The translations under genes and the position numbers were made by a program. A stretch of DNA of 64,000 bases from Prasinococcaceae sp. CCMP 1430 (Eukaryota > Plantae > Prasinodermophyta), in contig RQSC01000012.1 of NCBI GenBank assembly GCA_013416795.1, positions 75,042 through 139,041 on the forward strand, in the 5' to 3' direction. Each line of letters opens with the position of its first letter. Position 1 is the first letter of the stretch. The notes beneath the pieces were generated by a model. That model was not told the origin of the DNA, made no database searches, and saw nothing but the letters and a program-made list of their open reading frames with translations. Shown here in pieces: positions 57,290 through 64,000 of this stretch.

Positions 57290-60191
57290 GCGCCAGCCTG
57301 AGCAGCAGCAGCCGCAGGAGCAGCGGCCGCAGCCGCAGCAGGACGAGCAGCGGGCCCAGCTCCAGCAGCAGGCGCAGCCTGGCCACACGCCCCCGCTGTC
57401 CGCGGTGGTCCAAGAGGACGAGGCGGTGGTGGTCGCGCGCGCGGCGGAGCTCGCGCACTACGCGCGCGACAGCCGGTCCAAGCCCATCATGCTGGGCGGG
57501 CACCAGCAGGCGCTGGACGCCAAGCAGCTGATCGACCAGGCCGTCCGGCAGGGGGCGTCCATGTGGCTCAAGGAGCGCGCCATGAACATGCTCTCGGAGG
57601 GCATCACCATCGCCGACGCGCGCCTGCCCGACATGCCGCTGGTCTTCGCCAACGAGGCGTTCTACACCATGACGGGGTACAGCGTGGAGGACACGCTCGG
57701 GCGCAACTGCCGCTTCCTGCAGGGCGAGGGCACCGACCCCGCGCCGCTCGCCAAGCTGCGAAACGCCATCCTGGCGGGCGAGCACGTCAGCGTGGAGATG
57801 CTCAACTACAAGAGGGACGGCACGCCCTTCGTGAACTACCTGTCGGTGACGCCCATCCGCGACGCCGCTGGCAACCTCACGCACTACGTGGGCATCCAGA
57901 GCGACATCAGCGAGCTCGTGCGCCGCCGCGAGGCCGAGGCCGAGGCCACGGCGGCCGCGCAGGAAGCGGAGGCGGCGACGGCGCTGAAGAGCCGCTTCCT
58001 CGCCACCATGTCGCACGAGATCAGGACCCCGCTGAACGGCATGATCGGCGTCACGCAGCTGCTGGAGTCCACCCCGCTCTCCCGCGAGCAGCGCGACCTC
58101 GTGAGCACCGTCAGCGCGTCGTCCGAGAGCCTGCTCTCCATCGTGAACGACATCCTCGACTTTTCGAAGATCGAGGCGGACAAGCTCGTCATCCAGAGCG
58201 TCCCCTTCAACCTGCAGCGCACCATCGACTCGTCGGTGGACATCGCCGGCCTGCGCGCCAGCGAGAAGCGCATACACCTCGCCTATCACATCTGCCCCTC
58301 CACCCCCCTCAACATGATCGGCGACCCCAACCGCCTGCAGCAGGTGCTGCTCAACTTGCTCAACAACGCCATCAAGTTCACCGAGACGGGGGAGGTCCTG
58401 CTGCAGGTGAGCGCCAACGTCGAGACGCAGCGCCACACGGAGAGCGCCTCGAGCGACGCCCACGGCGCGGCGGCGGACCCCGCGCTGGCGGGCGCCAAGG
58501 ACGCCGCCGGGGCGGACGACGCGGCGGCCGCCGGCACGGCTGGCGGCGCCCGTCCCATGGACACCGAGCCGACGGCCTCGGGCACCGTCGGGAGCGGCAG
58601 CGGCACCGCGGCCGGGGGTACGGGCTCGGACGGCACGAGGACCGTCGTGCTGCGCTTCCTCGTGAAGGACACCGGCATCGGCATCACGCAAGAGGGCCTC
58701 AAGAAGCTCTTCCGATCCTTCACGCAGGTGGACAGCACGCCCACGCGCCGCTACGGCGGCTCGGGCCTCGGGCTGGTCATCTCGCGCCGCCTGTGCGAGA
58801 GCATGGGCGGGTCCATGTGGGCGGAGAGTGCCGGCATCAACAAGGGCTCGACCTTCACCTTCACCGTGCGCACGGCCATTCAGCGCGCGGCGCCGCAGGT
58901 GCCCAGCTGCAGCGGCGGCGGCAACGGCGGCGCCAGCGCCGTCCTCGGCGGCGATCCGCACGCCGGCGTCCACGACTCGGGCGCGGAAGGCGGCGGGCTG
59001 CTGCGCCACCCCTCGCTGCATCGCGGGGAGCTCGCGGGGCCCGCGTCCGGCTACGTGGAGCGCAGCCCGGCGATGGACGCGCGGCGCGTGCTGCTCTGCG
59101 AGGAGAACGCCACCGTAGGCAGGGTGACTCGGGACGTGCTGTCCGTCTGGGGCGCCGAGGTGGACATGGAGGCCACGGAGGACGCGGCGCTGGAGCGCCT
59201 CGAGCCGGCGTGCGCCGAGCACAGCGAGGCCGCCGGCGGCGCCGGCGACGACGCGAAGCCGGCCGGCGACGACGGTCGCCGCACGCCCAACGGCGGCGGC
59301 AGCCAGGGCGGCGAGATGGAGGCCGACACGCCGGGCGGCGGCTACGACGTGGTGATCCTCCCGGCGAACTGGGTGCGCCTCGCGGAGCGCGTGGACGCGA
59401 GGCGCGCAGTGGTGGTCTCGTGGCCCGGGGAGCGCGCGCCCCCGTGCAAGGACGGACGCCCGGCCGCCGCCAGCCTGCACCGCCCGCTGAAGCAGCTCAA
59501 GCTGCACGCTGTGCTCTCGGAGCTCCTGGCCGAGATCGCGAGAGGGGGCCCGAGGGTGAAGGACGTGGTGGAGGCGTCTGAGGTGCCCCCGGCCGTCGGC
59601 GAGACCATTGCTGCCAACCAGGCGGCCGACCAGGCGGCGACGTCGCCGGCCAAGCCCGCCCCCGCGGTGGCGAAGGCCGCCCCCGCGGCGGCGGGGAAGG
59701 CCGTCGCGCCGCCCGCCGCCGCTGCCCCCGAGAAGCCCGCGCAGACGATCAGGATCCTGATGGTCGAGGACAACTTCGTCAACCTGAAGGTCGGGCTGGG
59801 CCTGCTGCGCAAGGTGGGCTACCCCACGGTCTCGGTGGCGCACGACGGCCTGGAGGCGGTCAAGCTCCTCCAGAACGAGCCCAAGGGCGCCTTCGCCTTC
59901 GACCTCGTGCTCATGGATCTTAATATGCCGAACATGGGCGGCATCGAGGCCGTGCAGGAGATACGGCGACTTTGGCCCGGCGTGATCGAGATGAGGCCGG
60001 GCGACTGGGCGACCGGCCAGCTGCGCGTGATCGCCGTGTCGGCGGACGCGCTCGAGAGCACCAAGAGCGAGTGCATGCTCTCCGGCTTCGCCGGCTGGCT
60101 GCCCAAGCCCTTCCGTCTGGGCGACCTCGCCAACATCGTCCGCAGCCAGGTGGGCGACAGGCGCTCCGAGGAGGCCGGCAAGGCCACTTGA
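56835..60191 (+). CDS. LOV-domain hybrid histidine kinase (LOV-HisKA-HATPase_c-pseudoREC-REC), a blue-light sensor; 5' end in gap
   Basis: GRNCRFLQG; MSHEIRTPLNG; GDPNRLQQVLLNLLNNAIKFT; DTGIGI; GGSGLGL; receiver ILMVEDN..DLVLMDLNMP..KPF; poly-Q N-terminal region; TGTAA at 60421. Confidence 0.95.
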
Positions 60192-60640
60192 TTTTTTCTT
60201 CAAAACCTCCCAGCCGATCGAGCTGGGCGCGAGCGACCTCTCCCTCAAGCGGCACTGCAGACAGTGCGGAGGCCCCCGCGCGGGCCTCGCCGAGGAGGGG
60301 ACCGTGAGCCGACAAACGAACCCATTAATACCAGGTGCCCGACGCGGCGCCTGAACTCGAGGCGCGCGCCGAGAGCGCCGCCCGCGGGCGCGGCCGCCCG
60401 GCCGCGCCGAGTGCGCCGAGTGTAATGCGAACCCGCCGTGCACCTGCCGCCCACGCCCGCGCCTGCCGTCCACGCCGGCGTCGCCTCGGGCGAGGGCCGC
60501 CGGCCGCCCGCCGCCCGGCCGAGCGCCCCCGCGCGTCGCCTCGTCACGTCCCGAGCGCCAAACGTGTGGTGCGTCGGTGCGTCGGTGCCACGAGGTTGGG
60601 CGTCGGCCCCTGGCCGTACTTCGCTCACATGCACACGACT

Positions 60641-60950
60641 GTACAGTAGTCTAGTCTAGTCTAGACTACTGTACCATCAAAACGAATTGATTTATGGACC
60701 CTACCCAAAATTTCGTTGCGGTTGGAGGTCGGAAGCCTGATTGCGCTGTACTACTTTGCTCGCACGCACCGGACAGCACCGTCAAAACGCATTGTAATTG
60801 TGGACCCTACCCAAAATGTCGTCGCGGTTGGGGGTGGGACGCCTGGCTGTATGTACTGTGCTTTGCTCGCATGTACAGTACGTCCTGTACCGTCAAACCG
60901 CATTGGATTGTGGACCCTACCCTAAATGTCGTTACGGTTGGGGGTCGGCC
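60641..60950. repeat. Perfect 14-bp hairpin followed by three degenerate ~106-110-bp tandem units
   Basis: gtacagtagtctag-N6-ctagactactgtac; the core tggaccctaccc.aaat.tcgt..cggttgg.ggt.gg recurs at ~60695, ~60801, ~60911. Confidence 0.85.
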
Positions 60951-61397
60951 GCGTGGTGCAGTGACCGCTGCGGGCGGATTGGGACGGGGCGCGGCCGAAT
61001 TGGGGCCACACGAATCCGGCAAAGGATATGGCGCGCGCGCACACGGTTACACGCGCGCGCACACACACACGCACACACGCTCACACACACACACGCGCTT
61101 ACACACACACACGCACACACACGCACGCACACACACGCGCACTCACGCACACGCACGCACGCGCGCGCGACCACACTGCACTGCGCGCGCGAGCGCAGCC
61201 TCGCACGCACGCGCGCACGCGAGACGCGAGGGGGGACGCGTTCGGCGCGCGCGCGCGGGTGAGGATTGGATCGCCCGTGGGTAAATGATACGAGCGTTAG
61301 GAGGGTGCGAGGGATCCGCGGCGCGGTTGCGCGGCGGGAGCGGAGTGCGCGAGTGCGGAAGCGGCGGCCGCCGCTCTGCGCGCGCGAGGGGGGAGCN

Positions 61398-62193
61398 GCT
61401 GCAGCTGCCCTCGGGCTGGCCGGCGGTGCAGGCGCCGCACGCGCCGCTGCGCGCGCACGGGCTGGCGAGCGAGGCCGCGGCGCTGGCGCCCGGCGGGGGG
61501 GCGCGGGGCGCGGGCGCCGAGGCGACGCAGCTGCGCGTGCGCGAGCACATCATCCACCACAACTACGACGTGTCGCTCATGGGCGCCGCCGGCGGGGCCT
61601 TCGCCGGGATGAAGGAGTCCAAGCGGCTGGTGCTGCGCAACGCGGGGCCGGGCGTGCGGCGGCGGCTGCGCGTGACCGACGCCGACTCGGGCGCCGAGGT
61701 GGCGGACGTGCGGCGGCAGTTCCTCTCGCTGGCGCCCATATACCGCCTGCGCGCCAAGGGCGCGCGAGCGGACACCGCCGTCGTGCGGAAGCGGCTGGTC
61801 GGCCTCATGCCCACCTACGACATCTTCGTCCGCGAGGCCGACGCCAACGGCGAGGCGGCCTCCAAGAAGAAGGACCCGCTGCGCACGCGGCCCGTCATCA
61901 CCGCCACGAGCTCCGCGCTGGAGCTGGGCTACACGTTCAAGGACCGCAGGAGGCCCGAGGCGGACGACGGCGAGCACAACCTGGCGCTCCTGCCGCTGCG
62001 CTGGGTGGGCGGCGCCCTGGGCGTCGGCGAGAGCGGCGCGCGCGTGGCCGTCGCCGACCACAACATCGGCTCCATCCTCAGCGGCAGGGACGAGTACGTG
62101 CTCACCGTCGCGCCGGGCGTCGATCCGCTCGTGCTCGCGTGCGCGCTGGCCGCCATCGACGACAACGAGGGCTACGAAAGGAAGCGGTGGTGA
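61398..62193 (+). CDS. LURP-one-related / Tubby-C-like protein (5' end broken at single N 61397)
   Basis: LRV.DADSG.EVADVRRQFLSL, VRKRL.GL, GRDEYVLTVAPGVDPLVLA..LAAIDD. Confidence 0.75.
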
Positions 62194-62837
62194 CGCGCGC
62201 GCGCGCGCTCCCCCGCAGACCACCTCGCGCACCCACGCGCCTCGTTGCCGGGTGCGCCCTGCCCCTCGGGACGTCCTATGCCCGGGGCACATTGTCGGAA
62301 GCACGCCATTCATGCGTGCGCCCCTCTGCTACATAATAGACAGCACTACTCTAGATTCGTACCCATACCCAACGCGCACGCGACAGCGCGCGCGGCGGAC
62401 GCCCGCGGCCGATGCGCCCCTCCCCCGTCGCGCTCGCGCCTCTCTCGGGGCGCAGGGCGTCCGTCGCGCGGCGAAGCGTGCGAGAGAGGCGAAACGCGCG
62501 CACGTGGTGGGTGGCACCAGCGGGGCGCTGCGGGGGGGGGGGGAGGGAGAAGAAAGGGTACCGACGCGCTCGGCGAGGCGCGCGAGTCGCACGCGCCGCC
62601 GCCGCCGATCCCTCCTGTGCGTAGTTGTGCTGATCTTACATACATGGTCTTGGTACAACATGGCAATGCGTCCGAGGATACGAGGTGTGTGGCATTTGCG
62701 TGCACGTGCGTGTGTCTCTGTGTCCGTGTGATCGCGCGTGCGCGAGCGGGAGGGCGCGCGCGCGGACGCGTGCGGGGGCACTGTGCCTGCGAGCGAACGA
62801 CCGTGCGCGGCGCGCGCCACTCGCGCGCGCGCTCGCC

Positions 62838-64000
62838 TCAGGTGTAGGTGGGCGCGGGCGCGCCGCCGAAGCTTCCCATGGCGCGCACTCGCGCGAGCAG
62901 CGCGGCGAGGCTGCCCTCCCGCTCCAGCGCGTCGCGCGCGGCGCGGAAGCCGCCGCCGTAGACCGCGTCGCGCTCGTGCTCGATGGCGTGTGCGAAGCAG
63001 TTGCGCAGCCTCGTCTCCGGCTGCTGTTGCAGCCACACCCACGCCATGAGCTGGCACAGGCCCTCCTCGACGAAGGGCTCAAGCTCGGGGAAGCCGCCGT
63101 CGAGCTTGATGAAGGCGTGCGTGAGCTCGTGCACCAGCACCGCCGCCGTGAGCAGCTGCGGCAGGCCGAAAAGCGCCAGCACCGCCGCCACCTCCACGTC
63201 GGTGCGCAGCGCGACCGTCACCTCGCGCGGCGCCACGGCGAGCGCGCGCGACAGCAAGCCGCGCGCACCGCGCGACGCGCCGGTCTGCGCGGCGGCCCTC
63301 TCCACCACCCGCAGGGTGCGCGACCGCGTCACGCACAGCCCGCGCACCTCCAGGCCACCCGCATCGGCGACCCCGCCACCGCCCCCGCCACCCTCGCCGG
63401 GCGGCACGTAGTGGTGGCCGTCGCCCTCGCCGATGCGCGCCGCGCGCAGGCCCGCGGCGTCCACCAGGTACACGGGAAAGCGCGCGCGCCCCCGCAGCTC
63501 GACGCGCGCGCCCATCGCGTCGAACCACGCGAAGAGCTCCTCCACGAGCGGCGCGGCGTCGCGCGAGTCCACCACGACGCTCCCGAGGCACTCGAGGCAG
63601 ATCTTGCGGCCGTCGTTGTGCTCGGCGAAGGGCGCGCCCACGGGCTCCACGCGGCGGCACGCGCAGCACGCCGGCGGGCGCGGGCCGTGCCAGCGGCACC
63701 ACGCCTGCGCGAAGTACGCGCCCTCGGCCTTGTAGTAGGGGTAGCTGACGCCCTCGCCGCCGCCCTCGGCGTCGGGCGACACAAAGTCCTGGCACACCGC
63801 GCAGCGCGGCGCGAGCGCCTCGCGCGCGCACGCGGGGTGGTAGAAGCGCCCGCCGCTCTCCACGAAGCGGGCGCTCGCGCCCGTCCCCGCGCCGAGCGCC
63901 TGGCTGAGCGCCGCCGCGATCCCGCCACCCCCGCCGCGGGCGGCGGCGACGATGGGCGCGCCGCACGCCGCGCAGCGCAGGCAGCGCGCGTGCCACGGCA
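62838..64000 (-). CDS. DA1/DAR-like LIM-domain zinc peptidase (5' partial)
   Basis: WH..CLRC..C; YHPAC....APRCAVC; C..H...C.AC.RVE; DGRKICLECL; VRGLC; LFGLP.LLT.AVLVHELTHA; VEEGLCQLMA. Confidence 0.92.
   Translation of the reverse strand, partial: PWHARCLRCAACGAPIVAAARGGGGGIAAALSQALGAGTGASARFVESGGRFYHPACAREALAPRCAVCQDFVSPDAEGGGEGVSYPYYKAEGAYFAQAWCRWHGPRPPACCACRRVEPVGAPFAEHNDGRKICLECLGSVVVDSRDAAPLVEELFAWFDAMGARVELRGRARFPVYLVDAAGLRAARIGEGDGHHYVPPGEGGGGGGGVADAGGLEVRGLCVTRSRTLRVVERAAAQTGASRGARGLLSRALAVAPREVTVALRTDVEVAAVLALFGLPQLLTAAVLVHELTHAFIKLDGGFPELEPFVEEGLCQLMAWVWLQQQPETRLRNCFAHAIEHERDAVYGGGFRAARDALEREGSLAALLARVRAMGSFGGAPAPTYT

Noticed and set aside
60680-60950. CRISPR-like repeat-spacer array
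   Set aside because: Repeats are long and degenerate, the 'spacers' resemble each other, there are no cas genes, and the context is eukaryotic.

Overview
Eukaryotic nuclear DNA, very GC-rich and gene-dense, with about 30 genes or gene fragments. It most likely comes from a prasinophyte-grade green alga. This is an inference from GTGCG donors, CTGAC branch points, TGTAA poly(A)-like signals, telo-box promoters, DA1 and LURP-one-like genes and a LOV histidine kinase. Introns are largely (GT)n/(CA)n microsatellite, so most ORFs in the supplied track are spurious, and I rebuilt the genes by hand across splice sites. Recognisable genes: class II HDAC, RING protein, Mid1/NALF(FAM155)-like Cys-rich protein, PKA regulatory subunit, sulfotransferase-like protein, STIMATE/TMEM110, CCCH/CCHC zinc-finger protein, ALG14, Mpv17/PMP22, NOT3, a truncated PAS histidine kinase, a large multi-TM repeat protein with an F-box-like tail, IMP1, a Ytp1-like membrane protein, a 46-aa TPR array, an M14 peptidase fragment, TruA, CapZ-alpha, an atypical SDR, pantothenate synthetase, a LOV-HK-REC hybrid photoreceptor, a LURP-one-related protein and a DA1-like peptidase. 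Best leads: (1) a homologue of the fungal/animal Ca2+/Na+ channel accessory subunit Mid1/NALF, head-to-head with a dually acylated PKA-R gene; (2) introns polarised 5'-(GU)n...(CA)n-3' without polypyrimidine tracts, which may fold to bridge their splice sites; (3) a small gene whose first intron (~4.1 kb) appears to host two antisense genes; (4) a hypervariable TPR array; (5) a membrane repeat protein with an F-box-like tail. The draft assembly has four N gaps, seven single-N joins and several seamless chimeric junctions, so rearrangement-type findings may be assembly artefacts. All family assignments are from motif recognition by eye; no database searches were run.
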